A DNA stretch of 57,382 nt, filler included, from Barthelona sp. PAP020 (taxonomy: Eukaryota): assembly GCA_040182905.1 (NCBI GenBank). It is 3 parts of 3 records of this genome, joined end to end, with 100 filler letters (N's around TTAATTAATTAA, not from the genome) between each part and the next. Parts side by side here need not be neighbours in the genome. Positions count along the whole stretch, not along the records: positions 1 to 19,155 come from JARQWU010000212.1; 2 more parts are not named here. One strand, given 5' to 3'. Both the position numbers and the translations under genes were made by a program. The notes under the pieces are model-generated. The model was given only the letters and a program-made list of their open reading frames with translations, was not told the origin of the DNA and searched no databases. Each line of letters opens with the position of its first letter. The stretch's first letter is position 1. This document shows, in pieces, positions 1-13,000 of the stretch.

Positions 1-2
1 CT

Positions 3-329
3 CATGGTATTCCAATTGATTTATTAGATAGAATGTTAATCATACATACTAAACCTTATGAACAGGAAGAGATAATGACTATTTTAAAGGTTAGAGCAGA
101 AGAAGAAGACGTTGAAATATCTGATGATGCTATTGAACAATTGACTTCAATAGGTTTTGAAACAAGTTTACGTTATGCCATTCAATTGGTCACGTTGTCA
201 TCTATTGCTGCAATGCAAAGAAATTCCAATACTGTAGAAATGCAAGATGTTTCTAGGTGTTATGAACTATTCTCAGATGTGGAAAGATCAACTCAACATT
301 TGCAAGAATATCAAGAACAATTTATCTGA
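3..329 (+). CDS. RUVBL2: RuvB-like helicase 2 (Reptin), C-terminal part; 5' truncated by window
   Basis: Frame open from nt 3: HGIPIDLLDRMLII...LKVRAEEEDVE...ETSLRYAIQL...YELFSDVERSTQHLQEYQ, matching the RUVBL2 C-terminus. Confidence 0.93.
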   Translation, partial: HGIPIDLLDRMLIIHTKPYEQEEIMTILKVRAEEEDVEISDDAIEQLTSIGFETSLRYAIQLVTLSSIAAMQRNSNTVEMQDVSRCYELFSDVERSTQHLQEYQEQFI

Positions 330-630
330 GATGAAATCATCTCGAAAAATTTGTAAACTTTTTTCGATTTTTTTTTGTTGGAATCTTACACATTGAAACA
401 ATTTTTTAACAGATATTTTTGCCAAATTTTAGTCCTCAATCTAAGTTAACCATTGTTTTGGAAAGAAAGATTTGTATTTCTCATTTTTGGTGTTTAAGAT
501 TGTTGTTTCTGATGAAAATTTGTAATATCTATGCTCATATTTTAGAGTAAATTCTCATCTACAACAATTGAACAAATAAAAAGTTGAAAAATGCCATTTA
601 TAATTTTCTTGATCGTACAAAATTGCTGAA

Positions 631-2203
631 TTAGTATCTATAACCACCCATGCCCATATTAGGGTTCATACCCATATTCATGTTAGGATTCATTCCCATA
701 TTAGGATTCATTCCCATGTTGGGGTTCATTCCCATATTAGGGTTCATACCCATATTCATGTTAGGATTCATACCCATGTTAGGATTCATACCCATATTAG
801 GATTCATACTCATGTTGGGCTTCATACCCATATTAGGATTCATACCCATGTTGGGATTCATTCCCATATTAGGATTCATACCCATACCAACATTAGGGCT
901 CATACTCATATTGGGGTTCATGGATTGATTCATTCCGTTCATCATACCAGTCATCATGTCCATAGCTTGATTCATTTGATTACCCATTTGCATACCCATT
1001 TGATGACCCATTTGGTTGCCCATGCTCATTTGAGGTTTATGAGCACCCATCATCATATTACCAGTATTCATTTGACTCATCATAGGTTGAGAATGCATTT
1101 GACTTGGTTGGGGAGTATAAGTCATATTAGGCATGTTTCTATTTTGCATTGTGGTAAAAGGTAAAGATTGAACGGGAGGAGGTTGGTTAAAGTTCATTTG
1201 TTGAAGAGTTTCTTGCTTTTTAAATGTTTGAACACGTTGTCTGAATTGTTGGGATTGGAATCTTTGTTGAACACGTTGCTCTTGTTGTTGAGGAGCAGGA
1301 GGAAGTGGAACATTATCAGAAAGAGGAACACCACCTTGGCAACCATGTTCATTATGAACACCACCCTTTTGATTGGCATAACGAGGAACATTGCTGAAAA
1401 TAATTTGACCAGAAACAGTACCAACTTCATTACCAGTGGAATTACAAACAGTAAGCTCAAAAGGTCTGTGTTCAGCTTCAGTTCTAGGAGTGTAGTCCTT
1501 CAAAATAAGATTACCAGATGCTAAGAAATCAGAACCAAAAGTAGTTTTTTTCTTAACCTCAATAATCATAATGGTGTTAAATAATTGACGTAAAGACAAA
1601 GGAATATCCATTGCAGGGATTACAGCCCAAGAAGCATAGTCAGTATCATTAACAACAGGTGAACGAGCAGCATTAGCCTCTTGATTTTGAATGTAATACT
1701 TAATATAAGTATTTTGACGGGATGCCATTTTGCATTGAACACCTGAAAAAGCAATTTGCATCATTGTAACTTGCTCAAAAGTACAATGGAAACGAAGTCT
1801 ACCAGTAGGAGGAGCGTTGGGACCTTCATCAGGATCATAAATAGGGATATCATGTGCCTGAGGACCAGAAGCTAAAGTCAAGTAATCAATGCAAACAGCA
1901 CCAATCATATCAGAACCAACTAAATCATCATCATACACAAAAATGTTCAAATTGGTTTGCTGAATATTCTTTTCATCAACAGCAATTTCTCCTTCGAAAG
2001 TTTCAGGAAAAACAGGATTCAAATTTTTATCAATAACAGCAGTTTTGTATTTTACTTGATCATTAAAATCAAAAATAACATCTAAGTTGTTAGTTTAACA
2101 AGGAATATGAAAAAAAAGTACAAGGATCGGATAAACCATTGGAATCTCTGGCAGCAAGGTTGACACAAGAAATATTCTCAATTCTAATACGAAATAAAGA
2201 CAT
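631..2203 (-). CDS. C2-domain protein (two C2-like domains) with Q-rich and MGMNPN-repeat low-complexity tail; 2 exons (2203-2122, 2081-631)
   Basis: Splicing gives MSLFRIRIENISCVNLAARDSNGLSDPYVIFDF...KNLNPVF...VYDDDLVGSDMIG, a canonical Ca-binding C2 signature. Confidence 0.85.
650..921 (-). repeat. Coding tandem repeat, 18-bp unit encoding MGMNPN
   Basis: Repeated cccatattaggattcat(a/t) units; peptide (MGMNPN)n. Confidence 0.9.
2082..2121 (-). other. 40-nt spliceosomal intron
   Basis: GTACTT...AAACTAACAACTTAG; removal restores the C2 motif SDPYV. Confidence 0.9.
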
Positions 2204-2534
2204 GAAGAGAAGATTACAATAAAAAAAATTTGTTTGCGTTCTTGTTCCATTTTTGTTCTTTGATGGAGGGCATGGAAAAAAAAACAATCACCATTTTTAA
2301 TTTATATTATGATTGATAAATCATCAAAATAGACAACAGGGAGATATTTTATTCAATAAATAATAAAAAATTTACCTTTTTCAACAAAAAAAATAAACAA
2401 TTTTTAATGACTCCGTCTTTCTTTAAAAATCAAAGATTCATCAAACATGAACATTTAAAAAAAAAGGAAGAAAAAAAAAAGGAATATTTTTCTTTATCTA
2501 GATTTCAACACAATCATTTTAATACATTAACAGA

Positions 2535-3186
2535 TTAACAGGAACAACCATCATTTTCTTGTTTACTGTCAACAGAAACAGGAGCAACATCTTCCTCAAC
2601 ACTGGCTTTTTGTGCAGATTTATGAATAAGGTCAAATAACTTGTCCAAATTATGAGGAAGGAATGCCGAAGTGAGGAAATAACCAACAATCGAATTGTTT
2701 TCTTTGTCAACAAATTGTTGAAATTCAGTTTCTTTCTCTTCAAATTCATCTTGATATTCCATTAAAGTATCACACTTAGTACCTGCAAGGATAACGGGAA
2801 CTTCACCAGCAACACTAACCAGCTTATCATTCCATTTATTAAAATACTTTTCACAATCTTCAAAAGAATCATTACAATCAACACAAATAACAGCAATATT
2901 GGTATCACGGAAAAAAATATCTTGTAAAGAACTAATATCAACTTGACCCATTAAATCCCAATAACAAATTTCACAAACTTCATCTGATTCAGTGTTAATT
3001 ACTTCACGAAGAAAGTCAACAGATATCTATAAATTAGATAATGAGAAAACTTTGAAAATAAAATACAGTTGGTTTGTATTCAAATGAAAAGTGGCCATCT
3101 ATGTGTTTTTCAAGTAATGAGGTCTTTCCCACACGGCCTTCTCCTAAAAGTATTACTTTGACTTTTAAAACGTCAACTCCTGACAT
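2535..3186 (-). CDS. Divergent Rab-family small GTPase; 2 exons (3186-3067, 3026-2535)
   Basis: G1 GEGRVGKT, effector YKPT|ISVDF, G3 WDLMGQ, G4 GTKCD, G5 TSA, C-terminal CSC prenylation motif. Confidence 0.88.
3027..3066 (-). other. 40-nt spliceosomal intron
   Basis: GTATTT...ATCTAATTTATAG; removal restores PTISVDF. Confidence 0.9.
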
Positions 3187-4034
3187 GAAAAAAATAGGAA
3201 TTAAAAAAAATTTGGATTCAAGGAAATTTTTTTTATTCTTTTAAGTTTCTTTAAAAATGACTCAAATATTGGTGATTAAATATAAAACAATAAATGAATA
3301 AAAAATAAGAAATGAATTTTATTTTTATTTCCTTTTTTTTTTCTTTTCGGAATTTCATTCCTTTAATCTTCTATTCACAGTGGAAAGATAGATTTCTCTT
3401 TAATGAAAATTAAAAACTTACATCTTTGACCAAATTTCTTTTGGGATTATTTTGAAGAAATAAAATTTTGCCCCTTATGTTTTCAACCTTTATATCATTT
3501 GGAAGTGGTTTGATGTTTTAGAAGAAAGCAAAGAGAAAATAGATTTTTTTGCATTGAGAATGGATAAATCTTTCCTTAAAACATTTTTAAAGACCAAGAT
3601 GAACAATTGAATTGATAAAAATGCTTAATGTTTTCAATTTCACATGTAATTTTTTCAGTGTTTTTTCGGTTCTTGATAAAAACACATCAAAAGATTCAAA
3701 GCTGTTTTTAATAGAAAATTTATAGTGTAAAGAAGAAGAAGAACGGAAAAGGTTGCAGATATCAGTTTCTCTTATGTTCATCTCCATTTTTTATCAGTTA
3801 AAGAAATATTTTTGTTTACTTTTTCTTCATTTTGGAACTTCAAAATGCCTTTTAATTGGGTGTACAGGTAATTTTAATTGACTAGTGGAATATTGCTTTT
3901 TCCCAGATTTTTTATTGTTGTTCCATTTCATGTTTTTTTTTGTTATGTGGAAATCCTTTTGAATTAAATATGTTTTAATAAATGTTTAAAGATTATTGAA
4001 GAAAGTTTTTATTTTGTATCGTGATCACATTAGG

Positions 4035-7000
4035 ATGAAATTTTTGTTCATCACATTAACGCTTTTTATTTTAGGATTAGGATATCGATATAATCCTATA
4101 TTTTATTCCACAAATGGATTAGGATATGTTAGTTCACCAATTTCTTCTGTTAATGATATTATATTAAACACTACCCAATATGAGTTTGTCAACGATGCTT
4201 CTAGATTTCGTATTGATCCAAAAACTGGTTTAATATATGGTTTAAATGGAACTCATTTTTTTTCGTATAATATTTCAACTAATGAAACGGAAAAATGTGC
4301 AATTTCTGGTTCTATTATTGATTTCATTATTATTGGTGATGATCTCTATGTGATGTCCAATACTGAAATATTTCAAGGTTCAAAATTTGTTTTTGACCCT
4401 TTGGATCCTGAAAAATTATGTGATATAAACATTAATTATGGTATTATTTCGAATGGTATTGGTTTTTCCGAGCATATTTCTTCAATAGATCCATTAGTGA
4501 TTTTATCCACCGGTTTTACAAGGATTTTTGATCTTTTAGATGTTGTTACTATATCTTTTGATGATTTGAGTATTGTTATTACTGCAATAGATGGTGAAAG
4601 AGATGTATTTTGGGTTTTATTTGAGGATTCAGGCTATTATTTTGTTCAACGAAACAATAAAGATATTGTGGCAGTTTTTAATTCTGAAAGTATTTGTTCA
4701 ACTGGTGATAAAGTAAAATTTCTTGTTTTGACTCAAGATGAGGCTTTTATTGCAGTATTAAGGAATAGTCAGTATTACGGTTATGCTGTAGTCTTCGATA
4801 ATGATACTAGTACCTTTTCTGTTGAACTTATTGATGGTTTTGGAATTTTTTCAGATGTCGATTCTGTTGATTGGGGATTGTTTAGTCAACCAGTTATTAA
4901 GCATGGACAACATATAATTAGAATAGATAATCCTGATTTGATGTTTTCAATGACGTGTGATCCTATTTGTCTTCCATTTAACGGATGGTCGATTGTTATG
5001 CATTCAGAAAAATTTTTTCAAGTCAGTGATGGGGGATATTCATCTCAAGAAGAACGTTATTCTATTGAACTTGCGGATATCTTAATAACACAAGTACATG
5101 TTCAACTTCCTGCGATTCATGTTGGATATTTGACTCAATTGGGTTTGGCTTTCGGTGATTCAAAGACTCCTATTTATCATGATGACAGTATTGTGTTTCA
5201 TGAACCAGCTATTTCATCTTTTACTCCTGAAATATTGCATAGATCTTACACTGGTATATTAGGAATCAATTTGAAATTCAAATTTGAGTTGTTATCAAAC
5301 TTTAATATTACGGTTGGCAATAAGTTATGCAAATATCCTGCTGGAGATCTTTTGATAACATGTTTTGCTCCTTTGCTTGTGGGTAGTAATATTCCTGTTT
5401 ATTTTACTGTTGTACATGGTGATGAAATATTTTCAACTTTAAAAGAAGATGGTACAACTCCAACTGTTAGTTACTATTCGCCAACTATCAGTCATATAAC
5501 GCCTAAAACATTACCAACTTTAGGAAATACAAAATTAGAAATTTATGGAACGAATTTTGATGATGCAGCAAATGTTGTTGTGTATGTGGGACCTTTTTTT
5601 TGTGTTTTAGACACAAAATTATGTACAAAAGAGCTTATTACTTGTTCAGCTGAAGGTTATGGTACAAATCATGCGATAAATCTATCTTTAACTACTTTTG
5701 ATGCACAAGTTCAATCCACTTCATTTTACCAAACAATACAGTATGAGTTACCTGTGATTTCTTATGTGCGAGCTCAAACTAGTATTACAAGAAAAACTGT
5801 GACTTATTCATTTTTTGGAAAAAATTTTGGAAACAATGAAACTGTTTTAAGTGTGTCACTATCGTATAATCAAGTATGTGAAAATATTACATTTATTCAA
5901 AAACATCAGAAATTTTCTTGTGACATTTATGATGGTTTTGGAACTAAACTCGTTGCCAATTTAACTGTTGCAGGACAAGTTGTCACATATCCTACCACTA
6001 TAAATTTTAATGTTGCTGTCATTAAGTCGATTTTTGTGTCAAGTGCCCCATCAGAAGGTGGTACTATCGTTCATGTTGTTGGTGAGGAATTTAGTGATGA
6101 CCCGTCAAAGATAATTCCTCGACTTGATGGTTTACTTTGTGAAAATGTGGTTATTATCACTCCTTTTACAGAATTCACTTGCCTTTTACCTGCTAACGTT
6201 GGTAAGAATAAACTATTTACTGTAGCTATTGGAATTGAAAGTTTTGTTTCTCAATCAGTTAATTTCAATTATGATGATGCGGTTATTCAGAATTTAGACA
6301 CTAACAACATTGTAACAGATGGATTATTGAATATTACTGGTGTTAATTTTGGAGACGAGACAAAAGAAATTACATGTATGATTGAGAATTATTCAGCAAC
6401 CACACTCTATCACAATCATACGCATCTTTCGTTATTGGTACCTGTTGGAACAGGTCATAACTTGCCAATTGTGTGTCAAGGAGGTGATGTTGAGTTTATA
6501 TCCCCGTTTAATGTTTCATATCCACCTCCAAAAATGGATTCTGTTGTTTATCCAGATACTGTGTTAAATAATGGAGATCAATTGACTTTAAATGGAGAGT
6601 ATTTTGGTAATAATGTTGAAGATGTTGAAGTGGTGTTTCTTACTCAGTTTAACAGTGAGGCTTATGAATTTTTTGGCAGTGCCAAATCTACTGAACATGA
6701 CACTATGGTTATTTTAGTTCCTTTAGCTGGAGGCGCTGTTGTGAATCTCAAAATTATTGTCAAAGGTATTGAATCAAATGAATTCAGTTTGTCAATAGGG
6801 TTTGCCCCATGTGTCATTGAATCACATGATCCTACTTCGATTGCTACTACTGGTGAAGAAATTACTATCAAAGGATCAAATTTTCCAGCTATTTCAGAAA
6901 TTTCAGTCTTTTTTACTGCAGTTGACAACCATCAAATTGAATGTCAAGATCCAATAAGATGGGTAACAGGCGAAGTGTCATGTTTAGCACCACCAGGTAA

Positions 7001-10000
7001 TGCAGCCTTGATGAAAGTTACTATGACTTTTTTTGACCAGTCTTGTACGTATAAATCTTTGTCTTATTGTGAACCAGAAATCAATGATGCCACAGAAGAG
7101 AATCCTGGAGAACTTCTTATCACTGGTGATTGCTTTCCAATTCAAGGAGAATCTGTTTCCATATATTTTGGGGAGGATACTGCAATGTTTCCTTGTGACA
7201 ATGTCATAATTCAAGCTTATGGTTCCATTACTTGTTCATTACCAGATGGGGTTGGAACAAATCTTCCTTTGACCCTTCATGTGTCAAATCAAGTTTCAGA
7301 CCCAGCCCCCCAACGATTTTCTTTTCCAGAAATGAAAGTGGTTGGATATGAAGTTTTGAGTACCAATCCTACAGATGGAAAAATTCTAATCAAAGGAGAA
7401 AATTTCCCTTCAGTGGGAAATTATACTTTATATGTTGGTTCAACTTTAGGAACAACAACAAGAATGTCCAAAACAGAGCTGATCTGTACTTTTAGTGGAT
7501 ATAGAACTCAAGATATAACGTTAAGGATTTCAAATCTATTTTTTTCTTTACCTTCATTCACTTTTGATGAACCTGTTATTACTTCTGTGAATAGCACTGA
7601 TGTTTATGCAAATGGTACATATATTGAAGTTATCGGAAGTGGTTTTGGAATTGGTCCTGTTCTAGCATATTTTGGTTATCGCTCAGTTTCTGCTACAATC
7701 AAAAATGACGGAATTATTATTGTTTTAATTGAAAATGTTGGATTTGATGGAGCTTCATTGTGTTTAAATTTTGGATTGGATGACATTTGTTATGGACCAT
7801 TTTCACTTGTCAGACCTTCGATTGTTCAAACCATTCCAAATGTATTGGATTTTGATGTACAATTTGTTGAAGTATGTGGAATTGGTTTTTCAAATAGACC
7901 AGGATACATGACGGTTTCAATGGAAAATAAAGAGAGTTTAATCAGATCTATTGATTACAAGAATGATTTTTATTGTGCTTTAGTACGTTTTGATGTTCCT
8001 GTTTTGGAGGAGGTCAGCATTAAGGTTTCTGTTGGTATTATTGAATCTGACTCTTTTTCAATTTCTACCAGAAGTTGTGTTGTATCCTTGGTTTATCCTT
8101 TGGTTCTTAGTTTCTCTGATGAGTTAAAAATAGTTGGAAAAGGATTTGAATATATTTTAGAAGAAAACCTTCCTTTATATGTTTCAACTGTTGAATCTAC
8201 ATTAATGATAGCAACATTCACTGATGTGTCCAATTCGATTGTTAGTTATGATGTTTGTGGTACTTTATTTGAAATTCAAGTTACAGAGGATTTATTAGAG
8301 TTCACTCCAACGAAAATATATGATGGTGTAACCAATATTGTCATTAAAAGGTTGGAATGTGCTTCCATGGAAGTAATTGTGAAATTTGATGATGAAATTG
8401 TTTCATCTAATTTTGATATTACTTGTGAAAGTGGATATTTGGTATTGACTCAAATATCTGTTGAAATAATTGGAAAGGAAGGAATTATTGTGACTGTTGA
8501 AGAGGATTCTCGTATTTCCACAGGATATTTAGCTATTTTTTCGAGTTTTGTAAAATATGGGGTGAAATTCATTGATGATGAAGTGTATTTATCTTTAGGT
8601 TCCAGCAGTTTCTTTGCTGAAGATATTGATGATTTTTTCATCGAAAGTCAATTTATTACATTATTTTCCGATAAAGAATTACATGTTGATCTTAAACAAG
8701 TATTAAATGATCAATTATATGGCCAAGTTGTATTAAGATGGAAAGAACCACCAACAGTTGTTTTTGATGAATATATCAGTTACGAAATTGATAGAGTAAC
8801 TGAAAATGTATTAAAAACGGCCGCAACCTTCACTATAAACCTTGGATTTAATCTTGTGAATCCCAAAATTATATTCAATAGTCCAACATTGGGAAGCATT
8901 GGTGTTTTTGGACAACAAATAGCTGAAACATTTGAAATGATGAATGCATTTTCAAGCATGAATCCAGATAACTTTCAAGCAAATTATTTGTTAAATACTT
9001 TGGATTATTATGGATTTGATGGAGTATTTGACATCAATTTGGGTGGCGCAATTTCATCTGTTGAAGAATCATGGACTTTTGATTTAAATGATTTGATGCT
9101 TGATAAATTTGGTGAAAATGTTGGTTTGGTATTGGTTGATGATGATATTATTTATGATTTGGGAAATTTAGACGTATTTTATTTTTATGGAGTTGAACCT
9201 ACTACAATTCCTCAAGGTCTTTCAGTTACCATCTCCATTAATTCCACATTAAATCCTTCAGTTGTGTTTTGTTATATCAAAGATAAAAGTTTTTCTGGTA
9301 AAATAGTTGAAGACCAATTGTTATGTGATGTAGTATGGAATACCGTCGAAACAGTTGAATTAATAGTTCAATTGGATAACAATAACATTACAACTACTCT
9401 TACTGTTTTTGATACTGATATTATTCAAAGACTAGCTCCAACATTGTCTCAATATGATCTGGAATCAACTGTATACGCCACCTTACGTACCATTCAACCA
9501 ATTGAAGGCATCAGATTATATTCGTCAAACCACATTGTTGAAGTTAATTTCATTCAAGAAGATCGAATAATTAAAGTTGAAATGCCTGCACAAACTTCAT
9601 TACCATATGAAATTGGAGAATTGATTGAAATTCAAGCTTCAATAACATCGAATATTTATCACAAGATTGGAAATTTTGAGTGGCATAATGTTCAATTTGT
9701 CCAAATTTTTGCAACAAACATTTTTCCATTGGTTGGTATACCTGTACGTGTACGTTTTGATCAAAATATCCCTACACACACCTTCCCAGTCTGTGATGTC
9801 AATGGCAGATATACAGCTGGATTTATTTGGAACTCTTATTTAGTTTGTTCAATTCCTTTTGATCTTGACTCATTTACCAATGGTTTACTAAGAATTTCTC
9901 TTGCAGGACCATTTGATGAAGATTACATTGACGTTTTTCAAGGATATCAGTTCAAGGATATTGCCTTGATTAATTCCACTTCTGAAGTACGTGACGTTTG

Positions 10001-13000
10001 TAAAACATCTCATTTCCCAGCACAAATGCGTAAAGAAAGAGCTAAATATAATGTTTCCAAACAATTGTTTGATGTTGCTATTGGAGCCAATGCTTCAATC
10101 GCTAATGAGGTTAATTCTATTCAATATTACTTTGATTTTACTTTGACAAATGGAGATAGATGTTGTGTTGACAAATCAAATAATTTTGGTCAATGTGGTC
10201 TTGAATTTGTCAATATTGATGAAGCATATGTTGTGATGAAATTAGAACGACCTGCATATCTTAATATGCTTGTTACAGCTTGGAAAAATCCTTGTTATCA
10301 ACAACCAAATGAAATATCTATAGAATATGCTTCCGTACGAAGCTATCCTGGTCATTCTGAATGGAATTCCCGTCGTAGTGTTGATGCAGAACCAAACACG
10401 GATTTAACACAAGCTGAAGCAGATAGTATTATTTGGACTCCACTTGTTACTCATTATACTGGTAAAGGTGAGACTCCTGTTGGTATCGTTCCACGTGTTT
10501 GCTCAAGTATCAGTAGTAATTATGGAGATGAATCCTTGTGTGCAGATGTATTGGAAGAATATATTATTGCTGATTACTTGCGTTTTTCATGGCCAAATCG
10601 TCTTGCTGATCGTGCCAGAGCACATCTAATGGCATTGGAAGCCCATGGTATTTTCATGGCAATGCCGTACAAAATTTATGGAACATGGTTAGATGTTGAA
10701 ACAAAACCAGGACCAGAACGTCCATTTTCTTTGCATCCCATGGAATACATGGATTATTTGGAATTATCTACAGATTTTAGTGTTGATTTGCCAAATCTCA
10801 GGATTGCCACAGAAAATATTGAAGGTGTTTTATTGGGTGATGATGATATTGATTCTGGTTATGATGTAACTGTGTATTATGCTAAACGTAAAGGATATCG
10901 ACCATTTAAATATGAGTCTGAAATGACCTTCCAAGAACTAGCAGATTTAGACACTTTGCTTGAAAAACAAATGTTACCAAGTGAAATTGAATCTGAATTG
11001 GAGTATCTGACCATTGTTGATGGAATTATTTCAGAAACTTCGGTTGTTTCTTCCAATGGTGCATTTGATGTCTCTATCCGTTTGAATACTCCTTTGGTTG
11101 GTTCTTCTGGAGAATTATTTATCATTTTACCACCTGCATTAATCCCCATTTCTTGTCCTCTTATTGTTTATTCAGGCAAACCTCGTGTATTTGACATTAG
11201 TGGAGGTGCAGAATTATACAGTAGTTTTACTGTTGTGGCACTTGATCCTAAACCAATTCTTACGTTGTATGACGCTGCTGGTAATTTGGCTAATATGACA
11301 TTGGGATCAATGTTGTTCAAAGTAGAACTTCAAATGTATAATCAATCAACTAATGTTTATAAAATCAGTGAGGCATTTGTTAATACAGAAGTTTCGTTTG
11401 TTGCGGAAAAGAATTCTATTGAATTAGATCTTAATCTTGCTTCTCCAGCCGTTGGTGACTATCGTTTGGTGATTTCAGCAATCAATGAGGATTTATCTGA
11501 AGACCATTCTTTTTATACTTATGTTCAACGTTGGGATTTTAAAATAGGTCCAGGTGAACCATATACCGTTGAGTTTGACATGAGATCACATGCAATAGTT
11601 CAAAACTTTGTCGAACCAAACCCTTCCATACGCATTCTAATCAAAGATTATTTGGGCCAGACTGTAGATTCACATGACACTGTTCGTTTGACTTTAAGCA
11701 GTGATCCTGCTCATGTAATTGAATATAATGCCATTGAGACTCGTTGGACAGATGTTACAACTGGAAGACATGTATTTGATCAAGTAGTATATTCTGGTCA
11801 ACATGGTACTAGTTTCACTTTGTTTGTTAAGGCTACTTATGGTAATTTATTGATGAATGCCACCTCTCCAGCTTTGGCTATTGCCAGCTGTTCAATGTTT
11901 TTTAAGAGTGTGCCCATTAGTTATCAACCTGTAAGGTATGAATGTCAATGCTCTGCTGGATATGAACCCGTTGGTGATTCTTGTCAAGCTTGTGAAATCG
12001 GCACATACAAAACCACTATATCGAATGAGAAATGTTTATCATGTCCGGGTGGAAAGTCAACTCGCAGCGTGGCTACAACCGTCCCATCTAAATGTGCATG
12101 TATTGGTAATTATTTGGAAATCAATAATGAATGCGTTGATTGTTTGACTGACTATCCTGGTTTACGTTGTATTGATGGTAATGCTAATGGTTCTTATGCC
12201 AATTATTGGACTTCAACGTTAAATTCTACAGATGTATATTCTTGTGTGACTTCTGCATGTGAAGATACAGTTTATAGTGTTACTGGTTGTGGTCAATATC
12301 ATTCAGGACCGTTATGTTCAATTTGTGATGAAGGAACTTCGAAAATTGGAAAAAATTGTTCTCCATGCAATGATAAGTTATGGTTGGATATACTATTGGT
12401 TTTCTTAGTTGTTTTATTTATTATTGCTTGGGTTTTATTTTTAATTAATTCAGCCAAAACTCCTCGTTCTTTAGCTTCACTATTCATGCGTATAGGAATG
12501 AACCATTTTCAAATTTTATATTCGATTGGTGAGTTTGGTACTCAATGGCCTTCAATGTTAAAATCATTCTTTGGTATGGCAGGTAGTGCTTCAGGAAATG
12601 TTTCAATTCCTGCATTTGCTTGTTGGATAGGTGTTACATTTGAAGTTGAATCATATGCATACTATGTCTTTCCCTTGGCAATTTCTTTGATATTTTTCTT
12701 TGTAAACTTTTGTAAACCCAAAGTTGAAGGATTTAGATTTCCACCGGATGCTACAAGAGCCTTTTTAAGTGTATTATATGCTTTTTATTCTATGTCTGTT
12801 TCTCGTGCTCTGAAAGGTATACATTGTATTGAAATATCAGGGGAATCTTTGCTTGCCGCTGATTTACGAATTAATTGTATGTCAGAAGAATATGGAACCT
12901 TAAAAAACATCTCATATATTGCTTTGTTTGGTTACGGTTTAGGAACTCCATTGTTATTTGCTGCATTATTGTATTCAGATCGAAGGAAATTACAATCAGG

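Noticed and set aside
650..1524. Plus-strand ORFs with (PILGFI)n and His-rich peptides
   Set aside because: Antisense shadows of the MGMNPN/Met-rich tail of the C2 gene
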